Made by a program: the position numbers and the translations under genes | From: the human T2T-CHM13v2.0 reference genome, Homo sapiens | Reading direction: 5' to 3' (one strand) | DNA: 64,000 nt | NCBI RefSeq assembly: GCF_009914755.1 | Contig: NC_060947.1 | The notes under the pieces: model-generated | What the model saw: only the letters and a program-made list of their open reading frames with translations | Told to the model about the DNA's origin: nothing | The model's database searches: none | Shown here: in pieces, positions 16,721 to 33,886 of the stretch | Numbering within the stretch: position 1 is the first letter of the stretch | Layout of the letters: each line of letters opens with the position of its first letter

Positions 16721-17679
16721 GAGCTCATTCACAGTCTCTGTCCCCTGCAGCATGCTACTTTCCATGTTCTGTGGACTGTGAGACCCAAGTTTGTCTTATC
16801 CATCCTTCTTTTCCATTCCCACCTACACTCACTTCTCTCAATCAGTCTCTCGGTACTTTTCTACTTGATTATTTGAAGAGCCTTTTGAAGGGTCTCTCCG
16901 CTCCCTGTCTCTGGCCTCCTCTGTTCATCCATTACATTGTCCATTGACTGCCTTCTCTATGTAGCCTCCATGAATCCCCACACCCCATTCTCCTTCCCTG
17001 AGCTCCTATGGCATTTTGCTTGAACCACTTTTGAGTAGTGAGTTTGTGCAGCATTGTATATGGCACAACTATATCCCCCAATTATAACACTTCTTATAAC
17101 ATTCTAGGCAATGCAAATGCACTTTTGGCCTTTTTAGCAATCGTGCTAGTTTTAGTCTCAGTGCACAGGAATTAGGAGTCATTCCTACTGGCAATAATTT
17201 GAAGCAAAAAAAGAGGGAATAAGAGGTAGAGAAATAAAAAGGGAAGTAAAGGGAAACGCAAAGAAGGAGTTGAGAGTCTTGCAATGAAACCTGAGGAGGA
17301 AAAAAAAGAAGTTAAGGAAAGGTTAAACAAGGCCAAGATCAATACACTTGGTCTTGCTGTTTTCCCATGCAGAACCAAAGCCAACAAAGACAGTGGCTGA
17401 CCCTGCCAAGTGTAGCCTGGTATCTATTGATATAGTGCAGTAGTCCAGACATTAGGACAGTATATTAAGGTGGAAGCATGGGTAACCCCTCTACCACTGT
17501 AGAGTGTAGGGCAAATAAAGGTTGTTCAACGGAGAAGGGACCCAGAGATGGAAGTCTCCACAGCCTTAGATCAACCTAGAGGGGCCTTGAACATGATTCA
17601 TAACCTCAGTCCCCTTAACGCTTTTTTTCATAAGGTCTAGATTTCTTCAGGGAAGAATAATTTTGTGTAATAAATATAA

Positions 17680-17935
17680 TAATAGCAGTACAACACATTT
17701 AATATCTGCTGTGTTCCAGACACTAGACTAAATGCTTTCTGTACATTATCCCATTAATCCTCACAACATAAACGAGTTAGGTTAAGAAAGAAAATATCAT
17801 TTTCTTCATTTCACAACAGAAGTAATATAGGTTTTACAGATGTAGTGCCTTGCCTAAGGCTACACAGTTGTAAGGGGGAAGTTCGGGGATTCTAACACAG
17901 AGGGCTGTGACTCTGAAGCTGGTGCCTTCACCCAT
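17680..17935 (-). mobile_element. MIR
   Basis: tgttccagacactagactaaatgcttt ... ttaatcctcacaac ... gcctaaggctacacag. Confidence 0.6.
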
Positions 17936-18299
17936 TAGTCTTTGCTGTTTCCCAGACTGTGCTCCAGGGAGAGACTAGGGTGGTAATGGGGTACACTGCA
18001 AGTGTCATGGGAGGCAAGGAAAGGGAAAGACTGTTTCGAACTAAGTAAATCCATGAAAACTTTGAGGAGGAGGTAGGCTTCATTGAAATATATTGTCATT
18101 ACAGGGGAGCATCTGTACTACTGCACTGTATCAGTAGATACCAGGCTACACTTGACAGGGTCAGCACTGTCAATTTCCTCCAGCCAGACACCATAAGGAG
18201 CATACTGTAGTTCAACAAATCAGAACTATTGATTTGTTGCAATGAGGGTGACCACACATCATGAGGAATTGTATGGTGCCACAAGAAGAGGAGGATAGA

Positions 18300-18735
18300 C
18301 AGCACTTATAAGATTATCATAGGATCTGGGATTGCATTAAGTGGTTTAGGGAAAGGTTCAATGAAGTGGGACTCTGTTATGGATTGGATGCTGTGAGGAG
18401 TGAGGATAATTCTATGATTTGAGTATCTTAATTTTTATCTTGAAGATGGGAAAAACAAAATGAAAATAAGTCTATAACTAGTTAAAAAAAAGTAGCAGTT
18501 ACTCATATTAGCCAGGATAGTGGGATATTTGGTTGGTTTTGTGCTTTGGACAATGTTTTTGTTTATGCCTGTGCTCAGACTTGTTTACAAGTAATCTTGA
18601 TCCATCAAAGCCACAGAATGGCGTTATCTGATGTTGATGCTCTGTGTAATTGTTTATGCTTAACCAGAGAACACCAAGGTCTAGTTGTGAATGCTCAACT
18701 AGCTTTCAGATGTCAGAGGCTGCTTTTCTCTCTTT
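18300..18735 (-). mobile_element. ERV1-type solo LTR (MER90-like)
   Basis: Matches recalled LTR sequence: actcatattagccaggatag, tgatccatca, agaacaccaaggtctag, gatgtcagaggctgcttttctctc. Family name uncertain. Confidence 0.55.
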
Positions 18736-18946
18736 TAACACTTAACTTCTGTTCTTAGACCTTCAGTCATGGGTGTCAGCTAGTTAAAGCCAAATAGATA
18801 CCTTTAATGGGATAATACACACAAGGATGATAACTATCACTTACTGAATGCCAGGTACCATGATAAGTACTCTGTACACAATGACTTATTTAATTATATG
18901 CAATCAAGTAATGTAGTATTAAATATTATTATCTCCATACTTTTTA

Positions 18947-19930
18947 TTATTGTGGTAAAAACATACAACACAAAACCTCCATCTAAACCATTTTTTAAGT
19001 GCACGGTACAATAGTTTTAACTATACGAACATTGTTGTACAACAGATCTCTATAACGTTTGAATCTTCCAAAACTCAAACTCAAACTCTGTACCCATTGA
19101 ACAACTCCTATTTACCTCTCTCTATAGCCCCTAACAACCAGTATTCTACTTTCTTCTTCTAGAAATTTGACTACTTTGGATACCTCATATAGGTGGATTA
19201 ATGCAGTATTTGCCTTTCTGTGGTTGGCTTATTTCACTTAGCATAATGTTCTCAATAATATATCCTTAGCACAATACTTCATATGGTACAACCTGGATGA
19301 ACTTGGAAGTTGTACCATATGACAGAATTTTCTTCTTCTTCAAGGCTGAGTAATATTTGATTGTATGTATGTACTACATTTTCTTTATCCATTTATCAAT
19401 CAGTGGACATTTCGGTTGCTTCCACTTCTTGGCTATTGTGAATAATGCTGCAATGATCATGGCTGTGCAAATATCTCTTTGATATCCTGTTTTCAGTTCT
19501 TTCAGATATAAATCCAAGAGTGGAATTGCTGGATCATATGGTAATTCTGTATTTAATGTTTTGAAGAACTTCTGCACTGTTTTCCATAGTGGCTGCATCA
19601 TTTTACATTCTCAGCAATGGTGCACAAGGATTCCAATTCTTGCACATTTTTCTCAACACTTATTTTGCATTTTTGAATAGTGGCCATCCTAATGGATGTG
19701 AAGTGATATCACATGGTAGTTTTGACTTGCATTTCCCTGATGATTAGTGATGCTGAGCATTTTTACATATACTTGTTGGCCATTTATATATTATCTTTGG
19801 AGAAATGTCTATTCAAGTCATTTTCCCATTATTAATTGAATTATTTGGTTTTTGTTGTTGCGTTGAGGAATACTTGATATATTCTGGATATTAACCCCAT
19901 ATCAGATATATGCTTGCAAATATTTTCCTT
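18947..19930 (-). mobile_element. Old L1M (L1MA9-L1MB-like) 3' end
   Basis: 3'UTR ttattgtggtaaaaacatac ... cattgttgtacaacagatctc and ORF2 C-terminus ELPYDPAIPLL...[16 protein letters not shown]. Confidence 0.85.
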
Positions 19931-20860
19931 TCTTTCTTTTTTAAAAAAATATTTTATTTTAATTTTAAATTCCTGGACACATGTACAGGACGTGCAGGTT
20001 TGTTATATAAGTAAATGAGTGCCATAGTGGTTTGCTGCACCTATTAACCCATCACGTAGGTATTAAGCCCCGCATGCATTAGCTCTTTATCCTGATGCTC
20101 TCCCTCCCCTGGCCCCTCGACAGGCCCCAACGTGTGTTTCTCCCCTCCCTGTGTCCATGTGTTCTCACTGTTCAGCTCCCACTTACAAGTGAGAATATGC
20201 AGTGTTTGGTTTTCTGTTCCTGTGTTAGTTTTCTGAGGATCATGGCTTCCAGTTCCATCCATGTCCGTGCAAAGGACATGATCTCATTCCTTTTTATGGC
20301 TGCATAGTTTTCCATGGTGTATATGTACCACATTTTCTTTATCCAGTCTCTCATTGATGGGCATTTGGGTTGATTCCATGTCTTTGCTATTGTGAATAGT
20401 GCTGCAATAAACATACATGTGCATGTATTTTTGTAATAGAATGATTTATGTTCCTTTGGGTATATACCCAGTAATGTGATTTTGGGTCAAATGGTATTTC
20501 TGGTTCTAGATCTTTGAGGAATCACCACACCATCTTCTACAATGGCTGAACTAATACCCACCAACCATGGAAAAGCATTCCTATTTCTCCACAGCCTCAC
20601 CAGTAACTGTTGTTTCTTGACTTTTTAATAATTGACTTTCTAACTGGTGTGAGATGGTATCTCATTGTGATTTTGATTTGCATTCCTCTGATGATCAATG
20701 ATGTTGAGCTTTTTTTCATATGTTTATTGGGTGCCTGTATGTTTTCTTTTGAGAAGTGTCTGTTCCTGTCATTTGCCCACTTTTTAATGGGGTTGTTTGT
20801 TTTGTTCTTGTAAATTTGTTTAAATCCCTTGTGTAGATTTTGGATATTAGACCTCTGTCA

Positions 20861-20875
20861 GATAGATAGATAGAT

Positions 20876-20924
<49 letters not shown>
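20861..20924. repeat. (GATA)n tetranucleotide microsatellite
   Basis: About 15 GATA units with one GATTA interruption, inside L1 ORF2. Confidence 0.97.
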
Positions 20925-21926
20925 TACAAAAAATTCCTCCCATTCTGTAGGTTGTGTGCTCACTCTGATGATAGTTTCTTTTGTTCTTTAGTTTAAGTAG
21001 ATTCCATTTGTCAATTTTTGCTTTTGTTGCAATTGCTTTTGACATTTTTGTTATGAAATCTTTGCCTGTGCCTATGTCCTGAATGGTATTGCCTAGATTT
21101 TCTTCTAGGGTTTTTATAGTTTTGGCTTTTACATTTGAGTCTTTAATCCATGTTGAGTTAATTTTTGTATAAGGTATAAGGGATATGTCCAGTTTAAATT
21201 TTCTGCATATGGCTAGCCAGTTTTTCCAGCACCATTTATTAAATTGGGAATTCTTTCCCCATTGCTTGTTTTTGCCAGGTTTGTAAAAAATCAGATGGTT
21301 GTATATGTGTGGTGTTATTTCTGAGATCTCTATCCTGTTCCATTGGTCTATGTGTCTGTTTTTGTACCAGTATTATGTTGTTTTGATTACTGTAGCCTCA
21401 TAGTATAGTTTGAAGTCAGATAGCATGATGACTCCAGCTTTGTTCTTTTTGCTTTGGATTGTCTTGGCTATGAGGGCTCTTCTTTGGTTCCATAAGAATT
21501 TTAAAGTACTTTTTTCTAACTACATGAAGTATGTTAATGGTAGTTTAATGAGTACAGCATTGAATCTATAATTTACTTTGGGCAGTATGGCCATTTTCAT
21601 GATATTGATTCTTCTTATCCATGAGCATGGAATGTTTTTCCTTTTGTTTGTGTCCTCTCTTATTTCCTTGAGCAGTGGTTTGTAGTTCTTGAAGAGGTCC
21701 TTCACATCCTTTGTTAGCTGTATTCCTAGGTATTTTATTCTCTTTGTAGCAATTATGAATGGGAGTTCTTTCATGATTTGGCTCTCTGCTTGTCTATTGT
21801 TGGTGTATAGGAATGCTTTTGAATTTTGCACATTGATTTTTGCATCCTGAGACAGCTCAAGTTGCTTATCAGCTTAAGAAGCTTTTGGGCTGAGATGATG
21901 GGGTTTTCTAGATATAGGATTATGTC

Positions 21927-26615
<4,689 letters not shown>

Positions 26616-26663
26616 GGATTATATCATCTACAAACAGAGGTTGTTTGACTTTTTCTCTTCCTA

Positions 26664-26753
<90 letters not shown>

Positions 26754-29212
26754 TTATCTCATACTGGTTTTCAAGGGCAATGCTTCCAGCTTTTACCCAT
26801 TCAGTATGATATTGGCTGTGGGTTTGTCATAAATGGCTCTTATTATTTTGAGGTATGTTCCATCAATATATATTTGGGATAGTGCATATATATTTGGGAT
26901 AGTTAGGTCTTCTTGTTGAACCTTTTCCCATTATGTAATGGTCTTCTTTGTCTTTTTTTTTTATCTTTGCTGGTTTAAAGTCTATTTTGTCAGAAACTAG
27001 GATTGCAACCCCTGCTTTTTTCTTTCCATTTGCTTAGTAAATTTTCTTCTATCTCTTTATTTTCGGCCTATGTGCGTCTTTGCACGTGAGATGGGTCTCT
27101 TGAAGAGAGCATATCATTGGATTGTGCTTCTTTATCCAAGTTGTCATTCTGTGTCTTTTAATTGGGGCATTTAGCCCACTTACATTTACATTTAAGGTTA
27201 ATATTGTTATGTGTGAATTTGATGCTGTCATCATGATGCTAGCTGGTTATTTTTCAGATTTGTCAATGTAGTTGCTTCACAGTGTCATTGGTCTTTGTAC
27301 TTCAGTGTGTTATTTTAGTGGCTGGTAATGGTTTTTCCTTTCCATATTTAGTGCCTCCTTCAGGAGTTCTTGCAAGGCAGATCTCGTGGTTAAAAATTCC
27401 CTCAGCATTTGCTTGTCTGAAAAGGATTTTACTTCTTCACTTATGAAGCTTAGTTTGGCCAGATATGAAATTCTGGGTTGGAAATCCTTTTGTTTAAGAA
27501 TGTTGACTATTGGCATCCAATCTATTCTTGCTTGTAGGGTTTCTGCTGAGAGATCCACTGTTAGTCTGATGGGTTTCCTGTTGTAGGTGACCTGGCCTTT
27601 CTTTATGGCTGCCCTTCACATTTTTTTCCTTCATTTCAACTTTGGAGAATTTGATGATTATGTGCCTCAGGGTTCATCTTCTCATGGAGTATCTTTCAGA
27701 GAACTGGAGTTATCTGAATTTCCTGAATTTGAATGTTGACCTGCCTTACTAGGTTGGGGAAGTTCTCTTGGATGATATCCTGAAGTATATTTTCCAACTT
27801 GGTTCCATTCTCCCCATCTCTTTCAGGTACCCAATCAGTTGCAAGTACAGTTTTCTTTACATAATCCCATAGTTCTTGGAGGTTTTCTTTACTCCTTTTC
27901 ATTATTTTTTCTCTAATCTTGTCTACCTGTCTTATTTCAGCAAGATAGTCTTCAAGCTCTCAAATTCTTTCCTCTGCTTGGTCTATTCAGCTATCGATAC
28001 CTGCGGTTGCATTTTGAAGTTCTTGTGCTGCATTTTTCAGCTCCACCAGGTCATTATCTTCCTTTCTTAACTGGTTATTCTGGTTAAAAGTTCCTGTAAT
28101 GTTTTATCATGGTTCTTAGCTTCTTTGTATTGGGTTAGAACATGTTCCTTTAGCTCAGCAAAGTTCATTATTACTCACCTTCTGAAGCCTACATCTATCA
28201 ACTCATCCATATCAGCCTCTGCCCAGTTCTGTGCCCTTGCTGGAGAGGTGTTGCAATCATTTGGAGGAGTTGGGGCACTCTGGCTTTTTAAGTTTTCAGT
28301 GTTTTTTCATTGATTCTTTATCATCTTTGTGAGTTTATCTAGCTTTGATCTTTGAGGCTGATGACCTTTGGATGGGGTTTTTGTGGGAACTTTTCTGTTC
28401 ATGCTGTGGTCGTTGTTGCTTTCTGTTTGTTTGTTTTTAACAGTCAGGCCACTCTTCCATAGATCGGCTGCAGTTTGCTGGGGTTCCACTCCAGACCCTA
28501 TTTTCCTGGGTCCCTCCCACACCTGGAGGTGTCACCAGTGGAGGCTGCAGAACAGTAACAACAGCTGCCTGATCCTTCCTCTGGAATCTCTGTCACTGAG
28601 GCACCAACCTGATGCCAGTAGGAGCGCTCCTACGTATAAGGTGTCTGGTGACCCCTGTTGGGAGATCTCACCCAGTCAGGAGGCATAGGATCCAGAACCT
28701 GCTTAACGAAGCACTCTGGTTACTCCTTGGCAGAGGGGGAGCACTGTGCTGGGGGGAATCGCACTCATCTGGACTGCCTGGATTCCTCGGAGCCAGCAGG
28801 TGGAAAGACTAAGTCTGCTGATACACAGAGAATGTGGTTGCCCCTTCTCTCAGTGACTCAGTCCCAGGGAGATCAGAGGCCCTGGTGGCATGGGCTCACA
28901 AGGGGGATCTCCTGATCTGTAGGCTGCACAGATCTGTGGGAAAAGTGTGGTTTCCCAGACAGGGTAGCATGATCTCTCACTGCCTCCCTTGGCTGAGGGT
29001 GGGAGTTCCCCTTGCCCCGTGTGGCTCCCAGGTGGGCCGTCACACCACTCTACTTTTCCTCACTCTTCATGAGTCACACCAACCACCTAGTCAGTCCAAA
29101 TGAGAGAACCTGGATACCTCTGTTGACGATGCAGGATTCACTTGCCATTTTGTTCTTCTCTTCGTGGGAACCTCCGATGACAGCTGTTTCTAGTAGGTCA
29201 TCTTGGCCCCTT

Positions 29213-31058
29213 GACTTTTGTTTTTAATTCTGTTTATGTGGTGTATCACATTTATTGACGTGCATATGTTAAACCAACCCTGCAGCCCTGGTATGAAACC
29301 CACTTGGTGATGGTGGATTATCTTTTTCATACGCTGTTGGATTCAGTTAGAATTTTTGGAGGATTTTTGCATTTATGTTAATCAGGGATATTGGTAGGTA
29401 GTTTTTTTGTTGTTGTTGTTATGTCCTTTCCTGGTTTGGGTATTAGGATAATACTAGTTTCGTAGAATGATTTAGGGAGGATTCTCTCTTTCTCTATCTT
29501 TTGTAATAGTTTCAGTAGTATTGGAACCAATTCTGTTTTGAATGGCTGACAGAATTCAGCTGTGAATCTGCCTGGTCATAGACATTTTTGGTGGCAATTT
29601 TTTTCTATTACCGTTTCAATCTTGCTACCAGTCATACGTCTGTTCAGAGATTTTATTTCTTCCTGGTTTAACCTAGGATGGTTGTATATCTCCAGGAATT
29701 TATTCATCTCCTCTAGGTTTTCTAGTTTGTACATATAAAGGTGTTCATAGTCGCCTTGAAAGATCTTTTGTATTTCTGTGGTACCGTTTGTGATATCTCT
29801 CATTTTGTTTCGAATTGACCTAATTTGGATATTCTCTCTTCTCTTCTTGGTTAATCTCAATAATGATCTATTAATTTTGTTTATCTTTTCAAAGAACCAG
29901 ATTTTCTTTTATTTATCTTTTGTATTTTTTGTTTCAATTTAATTTAGTTCTGCTCTGATCTTTGTTATTTATTTTCCTCTGTTGGGTTTGGGATTGGTTT
30001 GTTCTTTTTTCTCTACTTCCTTGAGGTGCGACCTTAGATTGTCTATTTGTGTTCTTTCAGACTTTTTGATGTAGGCATTTAATACTGTGAACTTTCCTCT
30101 TAGTACTGCTTTTGCTGTATCACAAAGGTTTTGATAGGTTGTGTCACTATTATTCTGCTCAAGGAATTTTTAAATTTCCATCTTGATTTCATTGTTTATC
30201 CTAAGATTACTCAGGAGCAGGTTATTTAATTTCCATGTATTTGTATAGTTTTGAGGGTTCCTTTTAGAGTTAATTTCCAGTTTTACTCCACTGTGGTCTG
30301 AGAGAGTATTTGATATAATTTTGTTTTTCTTAAATTTACTGAGACTTGATTTGTGGTCTATCATATGGTCTCTCTTAGAGAATGTTCCATGTACTGATGA
30401 AAAGAATGTATATTCTGCAGTTGTTGGGTAGAATATTTTACAAATATCTGTTAAGTCCATTTGTTCTAGGGTATAGCTTAAGTCCATAGCTTATTTGTTG
30501 ACTTTCTGTCTTGATGACATGTCTAGTGCTGTCAGTGGATTATTGAAGTCCCCCACTATAATTGTGTTGTCATCTATCTCATTTCTTAGGTCTAGTAGTA
30601 ATGGTTTTATAAATTTGGGAGCTCCAGTGTTAGGTGCAAATATATTTAGGATTGTGATATTTTCCTGTTAGACTAATCCTTTTGTCATTATGTAATTACC
30701 CTCTTCGTCTTTCATACATCGTTCAACTCCCTAAATCCATTTCAGCACTAGATAAGGTTAAATTCTTCTCCCATGATCTAGTTTTTTAGGTTCCCCACTA
30801 GTGATGTGTGTTCAGAGGCAGACATTTCCCCCTCTCATATGCTGGGAACTCACAGTTTTTTGGCTGTCTCATGGAGTTTGCAGCGGCCAGCTGCTACTTT
30901 CAAAGGGTCTGTGGATTCTTGCCTTTTTCTTGGTATATTCCTGTGGTTGTTCTTGGAGCAAAAAGTTCACAGTGTGAGTTTCCACATGCTTTTCTGTCCA
31001 TCCAAGTGGGAGATTTACATTAGTTCTGTCTCCTACCTGCCATTTTTCTGGTCCTCCT
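29213..31058 (-). mobile_element. L1PB-like fragment: 5'UTR start joined directly to ORF2 EN-to-RT region
   Basis: ORF2 pieces ([31 protein letters not shown]). 30712-31058 resembles an L1PBa-type 5' end (AAATGGCAGGTAGGAGACAGAACTAA...GTGAACTTTTTGCTCCAAGAAC). ORF1 is absent. Confidence 0.75.
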
Positions 31059-32871
31059 CTTTCATTTCTGGTATTAGTTATTTGAGTCTTCTGTTTTCTT
31101 TCTTGGTATAGTTAAAAGTTTGTCAAATTTTTTTGATCTTAAAAAAAAACACAACTCGTAGTCCTTTTATTTTTATTTTTACTTTTTCTATTTTCTATTT
31201 CATTTATTTCTGCTCTAATATTTATTATTTTCTTCCTTCTACTAAATCTGGGCTTAGTTTCATTTTATTTTTCTAGTTCCTTGAAATATGAAGTTAGATT
31301 GTTGATTTGATATCTTTCTTCTTTTAATGTAGGCATTTATTACTATAAATTTTCCTTTCACTACTTATTTTACTGCATTCCATAAAAATTTTTGTATGTT
31401 GTATTTTTATTTGTCTCAAGATATTTTATTATTTTCCTTGTGATTTCTTCTTTGACCCATTGGTTGTTCAGTAGCGTATTGTTTAGTTTCCACATATTTT
31501 TGAATTTTCCAGTTTTTTTCCTTTTTCTATTGATTACTACTTTTATTCCATTGTGGTCAGAAAACATCTTTGTTATAATTTTAATTTTGTTACATTTGTT
31601 AAAACTTGTTTTGTGGCCTAACATGTGATCTATTCAAAAGAATGTTCCATCTTTGTTTGAAAATAATGTGCATTCTGCTGTTTAGTAAAGCATCTTGTAT
31701 ATGTCTGTTAGGTCCAATTGGTCTATAGTGTTGTTTAAGTCCTCTATTTCCTAATTGATCTTCTGTGTGTTTGTTCTATCTGTTATTGAAAATGGGCTAT
31801 TGAAATCTCATACTATTATTGTATTACTACTATTTCTCTCATCAGTTTTGCCAGTCTTTGCTCCTTATATTTGGCTACTCTGCTGTTAGGTGTGAACAAA
31901 TTTGTGATTCTTCTATCTTCCTGGTGAATTGACACTTTTATCATTATATAATGTCTTTCTTTGTTTGTTATTACAATTTTTGACTTAGTCTATTTTATCT
32001 GATATAAGTATAGACAACCCAGCTCCTGTAGATATTTTATTTTTGGTTAACATGGGGATTACATAAAATATATTACAATTATAATAATCTATTTTAAACC
32101 AATAACAATTTAACTTCAACTACATATAAAAGTCTATTCCTTTACCCTTCCCCCTCCACTTTACATTATCAATGTTACAAATTATATCTTTTTATATTTT
32201 GTATTCATTAACATAGTTTTATAATTATCCTTATTGCTTAAGCTCTTATATTTTAAAATTATATACCTGGATTAACAGTGATTTATGTACCATCATTACA
32301 ATATTATAGAACTCTGTACTGATCTATTTATTTATCTTCACAGAATTTTATATTTTTGCATGCTTTTTTGTTGATGTTTAGTGTCCTCTTGTTTCAGTTC
32401 GTACAACTCCCTTTAGCATTTCTTATAAGGCAGGTCTGATGGTGAACCTCCCTCAGCTTTCGTTTAACTGAAAAGGATTTTTTTTCTCCCTCATTTTGAA
32501 GAATACTTTTGTCAGATTTAGTATTTTTGGTTGGCAAGTTTTTTTTTTTTAATTTCTGCACCTTAAATATATCATCCCAATCCCTTCTGGCCTGTAACAT
32601 TTCTGCTGAGAAATCTACTGACAATCTTATTGGTGCTTCTTTGCACATGACAAGTTGCTTTTCTTTTGCTGCTTTAAAGATTCTTTCTTTGTCTTTGTCT
32701 TCTGACAGTTTGATTACATTGTGTCTCAGTGTGGATCTCTTTGGGTTCATCATAGTCGCAGTCCTTTGAGCTTCTTGGATTTGGATGTTCATTTCCTTCC
32801 TCAGATTTAGAACGTTTTCAGCTATTATTTCTTCAAAGATGCTCTCCTCCCCTTTCTCTTTCTCTTCTTGC
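31059..32871 (-). mobile_element. Old L1M ORF1 C-terminus, long spacer and ORF2 N-terminus (probably the same element as 18947-19930)
   Basis: ORF1-like EEIIAENVLNL...IQIQEAQR...PIRLSVDFSAEMLQARRDWDDIFKV and ORF2-like FSDHNGIK...WKLNNTLLNNQWVKEEI. Confidence 0.85.
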
Positions 32872-33764
32872 ACTTTTTAAGGGATGAGCAGTTTGAGGCT
32901 GACAGAGATTAATTTCCCAAAGATACACAGTGATAATGTTGCAGAACTAAGTCCTGAATGAAAGACAATCTGAATCATGAACTCTGTGCTTAGTTAGCAT
33001 CTGTACCCCATACTGCAGCTGGAAGTCAAGGAGATGATGAAGAACCATACAATCTGGGGCCATTCAGTGCAGGAGCAAAAAGGACTATGTCACTGAGTCA
33101 AATGGGAAAAAGTCTTCTTTTCTACTTGGTATTGTATTTACTTAGGAAAATTAACATATAGATAATTTTAGAATGGTTTACATTAAAATACATGTTTTAT
33201 ATGTAAATATGCTTTTAAAATTTAAAAAAGGATAAGCTTTAGTTTTTTAAAAATCACTTATGTGAGAGGTGCTTTTTAGCCTAGCTCTATCTCTATCTCA
33301 CCTTATAACCTGAAGCAAGTCACATTGCCAGGAAGTGTTGACCTTGGATTTGAGCCTATGACTTCTCAGCCCTAATGCTCCTTTACAGGACAGGAGCCAT
33401 GTGAAATTAAGCTTTACAACACTTATATCATACTATAGCATGTGGCCTGGCACTTAATAAGCCCTGTATCAAAAAATGCAGATACTCCAAAATTGGAAAT
33501 AGTCACCTGTAGGACTTACGTGGCCCAACTCTTAAAGTATTTTCATGGCTGTGGTGGTGTTAGGAGCACAGAGGTTGGTGGAGTCCTCACAGCTATCAGG
33601 GTAGAATAAGTCTTAGGAAAAAGGAAAAATGCAGAATGGGCAAAATACCTGAAAGACAGGACCAGAAGACAGGTGGGAGAGCTATCCCTACTTGCTAAAC
33701 TGGTGAATCTGGAAAGGGGACATGTAAATAAGGATAGGAATCACTACAAGTTCTTGCACATTTC

Positions 33765-33886
33765 TTTCTTTCCTCTGTCTTGTTTCTTCCTTCTTTCTTT
33801 CTTCTTTCTTTCTTTCTCTCTTTCTCTCTCTTTCTTTCTTTCTTTCTTTCTTCCTTTCTTTCTCTTTCTTTCTCTTTCTTTCTTTC
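33765..33886. repeat. (TTTC)n/(TC)n polypyrimidine low-complexity repeat
   Basis: About 120 bp of nearly pure pyrimidines built from TTTC/TTTCTC units. Confidence 0.95.
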
